From: Trichosphaerium sp. ATCC 40318
Taxonomy: Eukaryota > Protista > Tubulinea
NCBI GenBank assembly: GCA_038496445.1
Contig: JALMLS010000635.1
Coordinates: forward strand, 58,755-122,754
Direction: 5' to 3'
Length of the DNA stretch: 64,000 nucleotides
In this document: piece by piece, positions 1-14,614 of the stretch
Numbering within the stretch: the stretch's first letter is position 1
How the letters are laid out: every line of letters starts with the position of its first letter
Position numbers and translations under genes: made by a program
The notes under the pieces: model-generated
What the model saw: the letters and a program-made list of their open reading frames with translations, nothing else
Told to the model about the DNA's origin: nothing
Databases searched by the model: none

Positions 1-187
1 TTTTGTCAAACTGTTTCGTTTGCAACAGATTTTGTTTAAATCAAATCTTAGTTGTGCAATTATTTGTGAGCAGGAGGTATACAATAGGTGCTCTTGTGCT
101 TATTGTAGCAGAAGTGCTACTATTCGATATTGTTCATAAGTAGCACTGATTGTGAATGGAAATGTGATCAATTTATTAGGAGATGTA

Positions 188-2255
188 TTAAGGTGGTGAT
201 TTGAGTAAAATCAAGCCTGTGTGAGCAAGCATTGTAACCTTTTGAACGTATTGTTTCTCAACTGGATCATATAACTCACTAGGTAGCTTAATGGGAGTGT
301 CAGTAGTGTTCGTAGGATTTACAAGAATAGCGCCATTATCGAATAGCCTCATGTATGACACGTGTCCTGAGGAAAAATTAATAGTTTATTTGTTTTCTGA
401 GAAAAGTTGAAGGCTCTCAAGTATCACTGTACCTTTAGGTTGATAGCCAGATATGTTGTCTGGTGTTTCTGTATGCATAGGAGTTCCTATATTCCAGGAA
501 TATCTTTCGTGTACATGTGCATATCGGTGCCCAGAAGCGTTTCGGTACATGCAAGGAAGACCGAATCTCATTTTTTGCTTTGGGTGACTGGATGCTAAAA
601 AAAAGTTGTTTAAATACGATTGTAGTAGACATGACTCAATGACATGTTATAAAGGTTACCTAGAAGAAATGTGGAATATCCAAATGTTTCTAGTCTATCC
701 CTGTCCTTTGCTATCTCAAGAAAAGGTGATTTGCAACCAGCTTGAGATATCATTGGAAAAGCTGCTACATCTTTTTGTGCTGCATCCATTGCGTTTTGGA
801 CGTTCCTCACCCAAGTCGTTACCGGTAGAAATGACCAAGATAAACTCGATATATTGCACCCGTTATGGAACGGATCTGTATTTAGCTCTGTACCCGAGAA
901 GGCTTCCAAACTAAACCAAAGGTAAGCATTTGAAAAAAAAAGCTATTTAAGCAATAGTATTTGTTTACCTGTATCCGTCAAGTGGTCTCACCGTACTGCC
1001 TTCTACTAGTATTCTGCAGTTTCCTTTTTCAGGAAACCAACATCCTAACAAAGATTAATCATTGGAAAGGTAGTAGTATTTGGCAAAACCTTCAGCGTTG
1101 TTTGCGAGAATTGTAGGGTAATGACCAAATTTCTGGTATAGTTGATTCCAAATACTCTTTAATGCGTTCTGCTCAGCAAGTAAATGTGCATCAGGTGTAT
1201 ACGGGGATCCAGTTTTGAAGTTCCAGATGTCATCAAGTTTAACTTTTACATTATCAATCCTTACAGTGTTGTACATACCTAAGAAAAACATGAAATTGGC
1301 TGTAATTTTTTTAGAAAACATGAATTGTTTTGGAGAAACTCTGACACTTGGGAGCCCAAGTGTTACTGATATTGCAACTATCAGGATAAAAACCTTTGAT
1401 AACGATGTAAACCGTATCATAGATGTACACAATTCGAGAATATGGTTAAAATGAAGTTGTACATAAAACCGAGAAGAATCCGTACTTGAAGAAAAATCGT
1501 CATACCAAGAACCGTCATAGCCTTTCGATATTGAGCTTGATGTTGCATTTACAAGAACTTGAGTATATGCTATCGCTTCAGGGTCTCTTTGATAATAAAT
1601 AGGAGAGTCCTTTGAAAATCCTGGAACGCGTTCTGCAAAGTACAAAGGAGAAAATATAGTTGAATTTTCATTGTGCTTTGTTGGCTTTGTATCATCCAAA
1701 CCACGTGTTACAACCAACTTTTTATCAAGTACTTTATTGATGCGCATTATCTCATCTCCAACTCGTACAAATGTGACATACTCAGCGCCGTTTTTGCTGA
1801 TGTCTCCAGGTATTGTACTAGCCTTTGGTAGGAGTTAAAAAAAAACAAAGCAAAAAAGAGATGAAATACTGCGAACTTACCAAAAACTTTGCTGTATTTG
1901 ACAAGTACTCAAAGTCGAGTGTGGTATCTGTAGTAGATATATCAAAAGATAACCTAGCGTTTGGAGTAAACGCTACTGATTTTCTAACGTTAATAGGTTC
2001 AATAGTATTTGCTGGACCTGTAACGGAATTAAAGTATTGTACTACTTTGAAATTGGGGTTAACTTTGTGAAAACCGTTTATTTGCTCTAAAGATGCAGCC
2101 ATTTGCGCGAAACCAAAGTTGCTAGCGATAACATTGTAGTCTGAGTCCGTAAATCCAGTATTTATCGAGTTAATAGTGTATAAAGGATAAACCGTTTCAC
2201 AACACGTGAAAGTAGTAAACGCCGCCAAGATAGCAAACACTAAAGCGACAGACAT
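188..2255 (-). CDS. Secreted putative glycoside hydrolase (GHL15-like TIM barrel), multi-exon
   Basis: Signal peptide MSVALVFAILAAFTTFTCC. Motifs NPNFKVVQYFNS and GYDGSWYDD, and a C-terminal exon YMRLFDNGAILVNPT...TMLAHTGLILLKSPP* (stop 188-190), resemble bacterial hypothetical GH family 15 proteins. GT-AG introns link the ORF pieces. Confidence 0.6.
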
Positions 2256-3021
2256 GTTGTATATGCTTTTGGAGTGTTGACCAAGTGTGTACTCCAGACT
2301 TGACTGTGACTCGGGTAATTCACAACCGTTCCTTGTTATTTATTTAGTGAGTTGCGTCGTGTCTTGTTTGTCAGTACACAATAGAAAACTTGTAACCTAC
2401 AATGCTTACTATGTTTTATTTTACTTGTGTATTGCTCTACAATGTCCAACCACCACATGTCTTTGCAAGGAAAATTCGCCTTCAATATTGATCATACTAA
2501 GAAACACCCAGATAACTTTCTATGCAATGAGTATGTCTCTTTGGGGAGGTGTCAAGCAATGCTTGAGCATTGTTGGTATCAAGTCTTTTAATTGTTTAGT
2601 AACTGTATGTTGCCCAAATTATATAATTTCTTTCAGTTGCATACGGATCACCGTGGTGCAGTATCCAAAGTGATAGTTCATACAAGAACTACGCATGCTC
2701 CATCCTACTCACAACCGGTGAATGTAGGCCGGGACTGTCCTATTCCAGCACTGTTCATTAACCCTGAACACTGAGGGCACCCCATTGCACCCAGGGTGCT
2801 GTCCCAAACCGACAAGTTTGCCTGTTTGCTAGTACAGATAAAGTACCAACGAAAAAGACAAACCAAATGTGAATGTATTTTTAGAATATAACAGATGATT
2901 CAAGCGTTTATTAGCATGTAAGTTTAAATGAAAGGTGCATGACAAATAATTAAGTTTTTGCGATTTATTTTCACAAGTTGAACTACTATTGAACTGGCTG
3001 TAACTTTAATAAGAAAGGAGA

Positions 3022-6000
3022 TCATTTACCACCAACATTAATAGTATTGATAGCTGGATACACATACCTTCAAAAAAACCAATTAACCACTAAATTGTGA
3101 CAAAAAAAGAAGCAACAAAAAAAAACACGTGGTACGGCTTACCTGACTCTATTTTATAAGTCATATGTGATGCGCTGAGAGTAGAACTATCGAAATTGCC
3201 CTTAGCATTGCATTGGAACATTGTTGTATTTGGTGGACGCCATGCAATCTGAAAGCGAAAAAAATAAGAAAACTATTCGAAAAAAAAAAAAGTCATGATG
3301 TTATTGATTGGCGTACTCTACTTATTCCACCTCCTTTACCAGGTGGAAAATAATTAACAGAACTGTGATTAAAAGTTAGTTTACAAATATAACAGCCACC
3401 ACATGAAACAGTATAGTTCAATTGTTGTCCAAGCCTCTGTTTTTTAGCTGAAAAAGGTCCAATTTTCATGATACGTGAACCTAGAGATAAACAACTATTT
3501 GAGTATTTAATTCATCTATACAAGTATATTGTACCGTGCATATCATTAATAGAAGGCCTTAATGAAGGAGTATGGTGCTATATAAAGTTAGATTGAACAC
3601 AAGTAAAAAGAATGCAGTTTGTTCATTAAACATGTAAACAATTTTAAATAATGTATGTACAGTAATGTGGTCCATCCTTGAGATTGATATGTTGACATAT
3701 CCATGGTTAAAAGATGGATTGAATGATCCTTTTATTTGTTCTGATCCAGCAAAGTGTATCTTCCCTGATGTATGTTTTGCTAGGTAAAAGAAATAAGCCG
3801 GCTTGTATGTACGTTTATAAAAATAAAAAATACTCCAAAGGATAAGGATGAAACATACGCTTATGAGCAGTAATACACTCCAACTTAGGATGCCTGTTTA
3901 CATAGAGATGTATTACAAGCGCTCCAACATTAATACCACAATCAATAATATTCAGAGAAAGTAGTTCAGGAGATAATGTTAGAATCTCTGCAACAAGTTC
4001 GTCTGATATTACAGTGGCACGTAAATCAAGTGTAGTTATTGAATCGAGTATAGGCGAAATCAATGGAGGCTTGATGGCTAGTGATGAGCTAACAATACCA
4101 AAAAAATCCCGCTTGGTTTCTAATAATCACGTGATTAGCAACCAATTCAAAGTGCGAAAAAAAAGAAGTAATTGATTACTTCTTAATACTTACTTGTAGC
4201 TGCAGCAGCTTCGAGGACTTCATCGTTTAGAGATTCAAACCCACCAAATGAAAGTGATGTTATGTTTTCTATTCAAAAAATTAATGAGTAAGAAGCTTAT
4301 GGTATTAGTTTGTTCAAAGCGGAGATTTGATTTGGGTTTTTTTTTTACCTTTTGACGCCAAGGACTTTAGGTGACTGGCATCAATATCACCGCAATCGCT
4401 TAAAATTATACTTGTTAAACCTTCATGCGCACATAGCACCTGTAAAGTGTATTAGTAATGATCTAAAACAAAAAGTACACGTGCATCTACTACTGTATCA
4501 CTTAGTTCAATACCAGTGCACTTGAACGACTTCACTTGAGGATTTCCTGGTATATATTTCTCTATTGACTTTGATGTGACGTTCTCACCTTCAAATTCCA
4601 CCTATATAAGATCAACACGTGCGGTTATTACAACAACAACTTACAGCTTTGAAAATATTACCAAAATCGATGGCGTTCAAGATAGTCTCATCTTTGACAT
4701 ATGTTTTATCGATAACGAGGGTACTGTATTGGTTTTCTGTTAGTTTAGTACTTATTGCTTCCAACAGAGGTTTCTTAAATCCAGGATGTAGAGAACAAAC
4801 AACAAGAAGAATTTGCCAAGTTCTGCTACATGCTGCTACGTCATACGCATTTCTATGACTAAGACATTACTGTTAATACAATATCTCTTGTATGATTATC
4901 GTACTCTTCACGTTTACTAAAAGGCTTGAATAGCAGTTTCCAGTCAAATCTATTCAGAGCATCAATGTCCAACTCAGTAGCGATCTGTGGAGGAAGAAAA
5001 ATTGTTAGTTTTACGTTTGTTCTGAATTCTTGCTTCTGTCTGTTCGTTCACACGTACCTTAAGTTCTTCTGCGGCCTTTTCTGCGAGTGGAGGTACTAAT
5101 GCTTCGGTATATAATGATACAGCAGCACAAATCAATGCTGTTGCATAACTCACGTGTACTAAAGATTAAAACAAAATTAACACGTGTGGTATTTACTACA
5201 AGTGTCATCACACCTTTAGGATCTTTTGGTTCAATTTCAATGGCACGTTTAAAGTGACCATGTATAACATCAACCTACATAAATATTACAAAAAGTTCAT
5301 GCATTGAAAACAAAAATTTTACAGAACAAAAAAAAAACAAAACTTACATCTTCTTGTTTACTGCTTGAAGACAAATCTAGAGAAAGCATAACACCAAGGT
5401 TAATCAAAACTTCAACATGGTTTGGATTGATCTCATAAGCCTATCATGATGTTATTGATCAAAACAAAATACAAACACAAAAAACCCAATCCACGTGTCA
5501 ACAAAAAAAAAAACATACAATTTTAATCTTTTCTAGAGCTTGTCTCAAAGTCATACCCGTGAGACACAGTCGAGCCCTTTAATAAAGTATTAGGCAAAGA
5601 AAGAGTATGAATTACACTTACCATGCAACGTAAGCAGGACAGTATTGTGGCTTAACAGTAACTGCAAGCTCAAATAACTTTTCTGCAGTATCCAATGCAT
5701 CAGATGAATTTGATGCACGGTCAGCTACTACTTTACCGAAATTAAAGAAAAGCTCGGGTTGTAGAAGCTACGAGGTAGTGAGTACATCACACGTAAAGGA
5801 GTCATCTGAGACACTCGTACAAATACATGCGGTGCAGCTTTAAGTTTGCTCAAAGCTCTCTGAAAAAGTTTGTCAGATTTTTTTCCTTTTGTTTCCAATC
5901 CAAGGTAAAGAAGTTCTTGAACTTCGGAGCTATCTAATTAAACAGTTATGATTATCATACGATGTAATCAAGAAACGAAAGTTAGACAGTACCTATTATG

Positions 6001-9000
6001 TGCATATGCTTGATTTGACTATTTATAGATGTAATGTCGCTGTGAAGAAAGCTAAAGTCTGCGTTGCGGTCAATATCATCAAACGCTTGATCTCCGAATT
6101 CAATTCCTGTTAATATACCAACACGTTTTACAAGTATTTCAAGGGTACATACTTTCTAAAAAGTACACCATTAACCAAAACAAACAAAAACTTTTTTTTG
6201 AAAGTGAAAAAAAAACTTACCGAAAAATACTTTGTCTTTAAGAAACCGTTTTCTCCTTTCTCATCTTCGAACAGAGAGCATCTGAACTTTTTTACCACAA
6301 GATCTTTGAGGGTCTTTTGCCAAAATTCATACGATGGATCTTCAGGTGATTCAGTCTTACCCAAAAGTCTAGAAGAAAAAAGTTAAACATTTTAAAACTA
6401 TGTAGCCGATTTTATGTCTTTATAGAGCCTTGATAGATTTCTGAAGAGACAAGCTACAAATAAAAGTATAAACTATACCAAAACGTACAAATTGAATACT
6501 ACAATAGCTTGATCTTTACATACTTCCTCAGTCAAGTATCTTGTTTTTTTCGTTACTTTTCTCCACATATTTCTTATAATATTCTTGATAACACGTGCAA
6601 TCTAAAATCAATTTGTGAGCATTAACTTAAACTAAATAAAAAAGCCACTCCAACAGCCATACTAGCAGCCAAAGATACAAAACTAGAACAACAAAAACGA
6701 CAATTTACCATTTCTGTAAGAAGTGGATCATAGGGTCCATCAATCTCTCCGAGTTTCCTTCTTAGCCATCCAAGGTGCCTATAATTAATCCCAGCAGTAT
6801 GAACCAATCGAGTATAATTTTCCAAAGCCTCAAGAGCTAGCTTTGGATTCCCTCCAGACATTTTACTACCTGTTGCTTTTTCGTATGGGTTCTCAGCACA
6901 AAAGTTCGGAATGACGTTAATGTACAAGTGCTTAGTGCACATTGATACTTCTCTATTAGATACAGCTCTATCAGGGTCAGAAACAGACCATCCTATATCA
7001 CGTGAGCTTCCTAAATGATGAGAAAAAGACAAACCAGTTAAAGCGTCAGAATTGAGAGGAATATCATAGTTCAAGACAATCTCAGGTCTAAGAAGTTTAT
7101 ACAAAACTCGACCTCTCTCAGGACTACCAAATTGAATTACATAACAATACTATCAAGACAAAACAAGAACGTACGGCTCATCAGGCAATTTGGCTTCAGG
7201 AGGAAATGTTCTAGCAAAATCAAGTACATAGAAAAGACCGTCCTATTCCTGGTTAGCTATTATCAGCACATTCGCTATCGTACTAATCCAACATGTCCTT
7301 CAATATCACCAGGGCCGTATATGAGATTATTGTTTCCTTTATCAAACCCTGAGATATGTGCTTTCAAGTTGAGCTTCTCACCAACTCTCTTCATTTTCTG
7401 CACAAGAAAAACCGATTTTAACAAAAAAACAGCTTACTAGCTCGTAATGTAAAGGAAGAAATATGTTACCTCATTCAAATTATCGTTATCAAAATGCATA
7501 GTACGGCCACCATCTGCACTTCCATAACTAAGACTTTCACCACTGAGAGGTAGCAAGCTAACCTAAATGAAGAAAAAAAAATTAGATTTGCAGTGAATTC
7601 ACTTATTTAACGCAAAGATCTTTTGCTGTCTACTGATTGTACGTACAGCAATAAGACAGAATCCCATATAATTTATTAAAGCCATTAGCGGGAAATGAAG
7701 TCCTTCCTCTTGAGCAGCAAAGTAGCTTATCAATCCCTACACAAATAATTTCAGCACTTGTCACGTGTGTTTCTTGTTTTCAAAGAAATTATAAAATGCA
7801 AATGTTACCTTTAAATCATGACCTGCAGCCTTTTGAGCATTCTCATCGCCGCCATATAGGTTATTAAAATCAAGTGCAAACTTGAAAAGTATTCCTTGTA
7901 CGATATACTTTTCGCCTGGAGGACGTTGATTAAAAAAACCGTTGAGAAATAGACAATGGTTCTTTTACCTCCTGCAGCTCCTCCTACATCGACAGGCTTG
8001 ATAGACTTTTCATCATCAGTTAAACCAATCTCAGAGATTATGACTTTACCATAAGTCTCAGCAACAAACACTAGAAGAGTCACAAGTGAGAAGAGATACA
8101 AATTATATTTTTGTTGGGTACCAAATTCTTGTGCGAGTCTGTTTAGTGCGTGAAACTTATCAAATGAATCCGGAAGCTTTAAAGTCGATTGGAATCTATC
8201 GTTCCATTTCAAAGGGTTATATGCTAGATAACATGAGTTAGGTTTAACGAGACAGTATAAAAAGTGAACGTTACTTTTTTCAAAGTAAAAAAACCTGCGA
8301 AATTCTTCAAATACTTCATTCACCAAAAAAAAGCTTCTTTATTTACCTGGTCTATGTTCAGCATCTGCCTTTGATGTTGAACTTTTAGCCATGTCATCGT
8401 CAAAATCACCTTTGTATCGCTCAACAACAGGAGCACCTAGGCGCGTGTAAAATAAATTAAAATGTCAAAGAAGCACGAATTGAAATGTCAAGACTGACTA
8501 ATAGTCATTATCAAGTGAACTTACTTTGCGCTCTGTAAGAATAAGTCATCTCATCTTCATCACCGCGTTATATTGTAAAGGAAAACAAAAATCAACCAAA
8601 CCGGGTGAACCGTTGCCGATGTAAAATTGTGAAACAAAAAAAAAAGAAAAGAAAGTTCTCTCGAGCTCGTTTTTTGGACAAAAATAAGGATATTAGAACC
8701 ATCATCTCCAGTGTAACCATAAGTAATGATATCATCTAGAGCTGCATAAGGATCAACACCTTCTTCATCGTCGCTACTAGCTGCTATAACACGTGTTAAC
8801 AAAGCCAATAAAAAAATCAGAAAAACAAAACCAAAAAAAATGGGATTCATAGATGTTTTGTGAGCCAAGTTTTTCAAGAGACAAACGTACCTTCATATAT
8901 TGTTGTTCCTGCAGCATACGTATCCCCAATATAAGAACCATTAACAGGTGATTCGGCTAAAAAGTGTCTTTTCAGCTAAAACCTGACGTTGCTTTTTTCT

Positions 9001-9434
9001 ATTGCGTAGAGTAGTCTGTTGAGCGTACCGAGTTGGGTTTGGTCAGTGTTTGTGTTCTTAGGGTGGTTTTCGGTTTCAGCGCTTTCTGTAGGTTGTTCTT
9101 CACCTACAGGATCATCGCTAGGCGCTGTGGTGCCCAAATCGTCGCTGAAGCTGTATAAGCTAAGTACTGTTGCCAATTGGTCATCAGCGCTTCCAGAAAC
9201 GTTTTCAACGTTGTAAGAATACACGCTATGAGCTAAACGCGTATTTTAATAAATCACCGAATTTTAAAAAACGGAAAAGCGGAAAGTTTCGCTTCTAATA
9301 CGATAAACGTGTTACATACATGGTTGGCTAACTTCTTTGGTGACAACCGATGCATATTCTGCTTGCTGCTGTTGAACTGCCGCAAAAGCCTCAAATCGCT
9401 TTGTAAGCTGCGACACTGATGGTCCTTGCTCCAT
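3022..9434 (-). CDS. Large Clu-domain protein with TPR and leucine-rich repeats, multi-exon
   Basis: Start MEQGPSVSQL. Clu motifs WNDRFQ, AETYGKVIISE, KPVDVGGAAGG.KY, KAAGHDL, FPLMALINYMGF, YKLLRPE, HTAGINYRHLGWLR. TPR-like exons at ~5100-5900 and LRR-like exons (LTSIILSDCGDID, ITTLDLRAT, LLSLNIIDC) at ~3800-4700. Stop after ...INVGGK. Confidence 0.75.
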
Positions 9435-9708
9435 TGGTACAAGAATAGCGTGTAACAAAGAGAGTTTAACTTAATTGTTGTCAAGCCAAGTTTGTGACTA
9501 ATCCGTTCCAAAATTGCTTTGAAGTCACCTATACGGATGCACGTACGCGTCTAACGACGAATCCGCGGAAAAGTATTAAATGTGATTCTGTCGCTGTGAA
9601 GTCAGTTTTAGCGCGCTTTAGTGAGTTTGATAAGTTGATTGTCCTGACTTTCAACAGCAAATGAATTGAGCCTGGAGAGGTCAAAAGGGTTTATTTTTTT
9701 TCATTTTA

Positions 9709-11115
9709 TCAAGCACGTGTCTCAGAAGAATCATCTGTTAGAGTTGGAACAAGTACAGATCTACGCTTTTTAGTGTAACTTCTACGACCTTTAGATAGTG
9801 ACAGTTGGCTTGTAGCCGTTGGGTTATGAGAGAGTGGTGAGGATCTTTCTGAAGTGGGATGTTTCTTCGTGCTAGCCGGGCTTGGTTGTATGTCAAGCGT
9901 TTTTACTTTTCCGGTTCTTTTATTATTAAAGGATGTTGATCTCCTTCTTTCGCTCTTTTTCTTTGGTTTTATAGGCGCTCTATGGTTGGATTGTTTTAGT
10001 ATACATCATGAATCAATTAGCACATGTGACTTACGATTTAGACCTTGATTTGAGTTTCCTTGGAGTGAACTTTCCAACTATAGTAAAAATGCTTGATTTT
10101 CGTTTTGGCAAATTAGGAATCTGAACAGATTCGGAAGTTGCTAGGTTATTTTTAGCTTTCTAGTTATTTTTTATACTATTAACAACGTACAAGAGCTGTG
10201 CGATGCTGGTTTGAATAGAGGCGGGCTACCATAATCACGACATTTTATTGCAGGCGAAGTTGTTGTTCTTTTCGGAGTTTTGTATTTTGTACGCCATAGA
10301 AGAAGGCTAGGTGATCGCTTTGGTGATTCTGCTTTAGCCTTGCCTTGTTTTATTATATCTCTCTTACTCTTTCTTTGCTTTTTCATCTCTTCTCGCTCCT
10401 AATTAAAACACAAAGTCAATCAAAACCCAAAAAAAAACCACAAAAAATGCGGACCTTTTCAACTTGTTTGACGTTTTCGAGGATAGCACCCTAGTATAAC
10501 AACATGTGTCAGTATTTATCTTACTAAAATGAATAGATGTAAAGTGAGTGCCATTGCATGTACATGATTTGTTCCAAGATAAGCACATATCGTTTCAGAA
10601 ATATAGATTGACGAGCATCTAAAGTAATGCCAGTCGTTTCCAGCTCCATCTTTTCTTGGTATAACAAGTGTGAATCTTCTATCCCTTAGCCAGTACTTTG
10701 ATTGGAATATCTTCAACCGAAGAAGCTATAAATCATTAAGACTAAGAAAGGGAGAATAGTAATAACCACATACAACGCCAGTACGCTGATCTCTTAGCAT
10801 CAAAACCGGTCTTGTTTTGTTACATGATAATGTGAACCTCATATAAACAAAGTTACTCGGTCTATTACTAGAAGTACTCTTTTGTCCTTTAATATCTTTC
10901 ACTGTATTCCCTGTGTTGCCTGTTGTTTGTCTAGTCTTCCGCTGGGGGCAATAAACTAGTCTAGAAACAGTAGCACGTATCTCATCAGCGTCTAAGCAAC
11001 ATCAGAACAACAGCAACACAGTTTCAAGTGTAGTACCACATATTTCTTCTATCGTTTCGTCTCCTTCTTGTGGTTTAATCTCTATTATTAAAGGACCATT
11101 ACAAGGTTCAGCCAT
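9709..11115 (-). CDS. Hypothetical protein with K/R/S-rich C-terminal half, multi-exon
   Basis: MAEPCNGPLIIEIKPQ start, spliceable exons, low-complexity basic tail ending ...DDSSETRA*. No recognisable domain. Confidence 0.5.
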
Positions 11116-11579
11116 TATGAAAGACCTACTTGATCGCCTTTTGGTAATAAAGTAACGATATTTTTGTAAAACCAGAAAACTCGATAGTTTTTGTTCTTTA
11201 TTTAGCAAGTCACGTTATGCTGCTAACCACGTGTTTCTAACTAGCAATGCAACCATTGGCTATGACCTGACGTTCCTCTACCAAAGTAATAGCTTGTTTC
11301 TGGATACAACGATAAAAACGCGCCAACTGTGCAGAAAGTGATAAAAAAGTGTTTTGTGTTTAGAAAAGGGTAAACTCACACTTTCTAAGAAGATTGCGTT
11401 GAAAGTTGCGCTATTTCGAATTAAAAACGTATTGGTACTCAAGTCATGCGTAAGTACTGCTATATAAGCGCTTTGGTTCTATTCGTAGACTTGAGGACAT
11501 TTTAATTCAAAAAAAGTGATTTAAACCGTTCCAAACGTGTTCAATTGTAATCAAACCGAACTCAGCTCGCACGTTACGC

Positions 11580-13042
11580 ATGTCGTGGCCATTAGCAGTA
11601 ATCGCAACACCTGTAGCTATTGGATTCGCTTATTGGCTATTTGGCACCGGAAAAAAGCCAAAGTGGTCTCCACCGGCTGACGAAAACAACCAGGTACGTA
11701 TACAGAGCCTAGAGGCAGCTCAAATAAAATAACAAGACAGCTACTTGACTTTTGCGTAAAAACATTGCTAACTGGTGTAGCGGGATGTTGTTTACCTATA
11801 TCAGCTCAATACTATGGGCGAAGGCGAGTCTGGGTTAAGCGTATCTCCATTTTGCGCAAAAGTTGAGACGCTTTGCAAAATGTATCAAATACCTTACGAA
11901 ACAGTAGTCAGTGCGTATTTAACTATGAACGAAAAACCGTTTACAGTTTTTTGCTACAAGCGCATTCTTAATCATTCCTTTAGCCACTAAAGCTGGTCCT
12001 AAAGGCAAGTTCCCTTACATTAAGCACAATGGCGAGGTACATAACAGTATTTCAAGTCATAAATCGCCAAAAACGAAAAACCCAAAACGCTGACAAAGTG
12101 TAGTTTGTATCGGATTCTGAAGATATTGTTGACTACCTCATCAAAGAGTTTGATCTAGAAAGCAAAACACATTTATCAGCAATAGAATCAGGTACAAGCC
12201 GTGCTTACCGAAAAATGCTTGAAGAACATACCTATTTGTACGTTAATGTTTGTTTTACGGTTTGAACAATTTCTCGAATATTTTGCCAACAAACCCAAGA
12301 CATCATTTTGACACATTGCGTGTCACTTTTGTTTCAGTGAAAAAATAAGGTCTTGTGAGAAGGCGCGTGATTTCTCACTTGCGTATTTGTCCAATTCTGG
12401 TAGTTTTATTTTTAATCGATGCACAGCTTTGTGTACAATACTATCAAATTGTTGTCAATGATGTTTACTATTTTATAAGGTGATTAAAAAATTAATAACT
12501 TTTTTTTTGAAGTGTCCAAATGTGGATCATTTTTGGTGATGATACTTGCTGGCAAAGATGCAAGGAAAAGTCATTTATGGGTGCACCACCTTTTGTAAGA
12601 CCTTTCTTGCGTTATTTCATTAGACCTATAATTAAAAAAACGTGCGTAGCACAAGGAATCGGTAAGTTTTCATCTCAACTCTTTTTTTCTTGCTAATTCT
12701 TCTACAAGGTCGACACAACCTTGAAGAGGTGTTAAACAAAGGTGTGGATGACTTTAAAGCTATATCAAATGCTTTATCTCATGGCAGGACTTACGTATTT
12801 GGCGATGAGCCAAAACCAATTGATGCTGTTGTTTTTGGTATGTTCCGTTTCGGTTTTTGGTTCAGAAATGTGTTGTTCGATTGCTGATTTATTTCAACTT
12901 TGTAGCGTTTGTCAATGCGTTTGTTTTACTATATCCAAACAGTATAACAAACTTTATACGCCAAGATGATGCTTTAATGAGACATTGGCGTCATTTCAAT
13001 GAAAACGTATTTGATAATATTTCAACACTACCAAAGGAGTAG
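11580..13042 (+). CDS. FAX/metaxin-type glutathione S-transferase-like protein with N-terminal membrane anchor
   Basis: MSWPLAVIATPVAIGFAYWLF; DVVYLYQ; SVSPFCAKVETLCKM; GPKGKFPYI; DSEDIVDYL; AYRKMLEEHTY; DFKAISNAL...YVFGDEPKPIDAVVF. Confidence 0.85.
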
Positions 13043-13394
13043 AATAGATCTTGTCTATGTCACTTTTGTAGTATCACACCCAATGCAATCTGTTTTTTTA
13101 CTTATCTATAAATGCTTTGAGAACAATAAAGCCTTTTTTAGATAATGGTTACTGCCGTTTTATTACATTTTTGCGTTCAAATAAAAAAACCACTTTTGAG
13201 TGGCCTTTTCTTCGTCAGCAACTCTGAGATGTTTAGGGTGCGAATCATCGTGGTGTATGGTGCTTAGGGTACTGTTAATGCTTAACTGTAGAGTAGGTAT
13301 ATACAGTATAAACAAGCTACAATCAGCGTTTTTAGTTGTGAAAGAATTTTTTTTGTTTGACTTCAATATTACAGTGTTTACAGAACTGATAAGT

Positions 13395-13857
13395 TCATTT
13401 GGATTGCCCAAATATAATGCTTGGCATCCCTTTACCAGTGAATACTGCTTTGATTTTCATATTCTTTTGTATAGGATCGGGAATGACGTACTAAAAAAAG
13501 AACAAATTACAAAGAGTTAAATGAATAAAAATGGTTAAAACCCTCACGTACTTCTTCTCGTTCCCATGCGGCTTCGACTACACGGAACCCCATTTCTTTA
13601 AACATCGCTGTGCTCGGTTTATCATATGTAATACGTAAATTACCTTTAACTGAGGAGTTTGCGTTGTCTATAACGAGTTTTCGTAAGTCTTCTATTGTTT
13701 TATCACCAGCTATCGTAATTTGCATTGGAAACGCTTTTCCTATACTCCAAGGCATCTGTTCTCTCGCTGGAGGCATTACCTGCACTTGTATCCTTACGTT
13801 ACCTCCTCCCTTTCCTTTTTTCTTTTTACCTCCTTGGTTTTGATTTCTACGTGCCAT
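13395..13857 (-). CDS. Small hypothetical protein with basic N-terminus and possible ubiquitin-like fold
   Basis: MARRNQNQGGKKKKGK...ITIAGDKTIEDLRKLV, one intron, second exon ends ...IIFGQSK*. Confidence 0.55.
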
Positions 13858-14614
13858 AGCTAATAGTATAACGCAATTACGGCGTTGATAGTGTATATAC
13901 AGAAGAATTGTTTTTGTGTTTGTGTAAGAACGCTTTTTCTCTGAATAACTGTCAACTTAACAAGACAAGAATGGTCTACAATACATAGCCACTCGTTTTG
14001 ATATGGTAGACTTCAACCACTACAACGTTGAAGAACGGTTAACTTTTGGCTGGTATTGATTGCTCTTCAAAGTCTAAAAGATGCTTCTTTTGCGAGTGTA
14101 TTTTCATGTAGGTCACGTGCTTTCTTTATTGAGTATCTCTGTTTACCCGTAAAGAACTGTCACTCGAAAACCCTTTCGCTGAAACTAGGCAACTTTCAAC
14201 GAATCCTCTAAACAAATATTGATTGCACCTCAGCTTACAAAAGTCTATTTTTACAGGATAGCTGAGAAAAAGCTTTCGAAGGCTGTAAGTATGTCATTCA
14301 CACCGCATCACCATTTTTCTTCCCTGCTTGCGGTAGACACGACCAGGGAAATTAATAAAACGGTCATAAGCCATTAACAAAAAAAGTCATCACCATTTTC
14401 ACCAATAATGGTACTGTAGTTAAAAAAATTTACCAGAACGTATACTAGTTATTTAGCTCCAGGTAAGGAGCACATGTTAGTTCAACTTGATCACTTGTTA
14501 GTAGAGATTGGTACTACTTCAAGGCATAACAAAAGGTAATGAACACTAATCAATATGACTAAGGAACCTGGGTATAATTTTGGTTTTAAAGCCAAGAACA
14601 ACATTTATTTTTTC

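Noticed and set aside
2287-2830. ORFs and a small gcaccc/gggtgc hairpin in a slightly GC-richer intergenic stretch
   Set aside because: No recognisable protein or RNA motif, and stops in all plausible frames.
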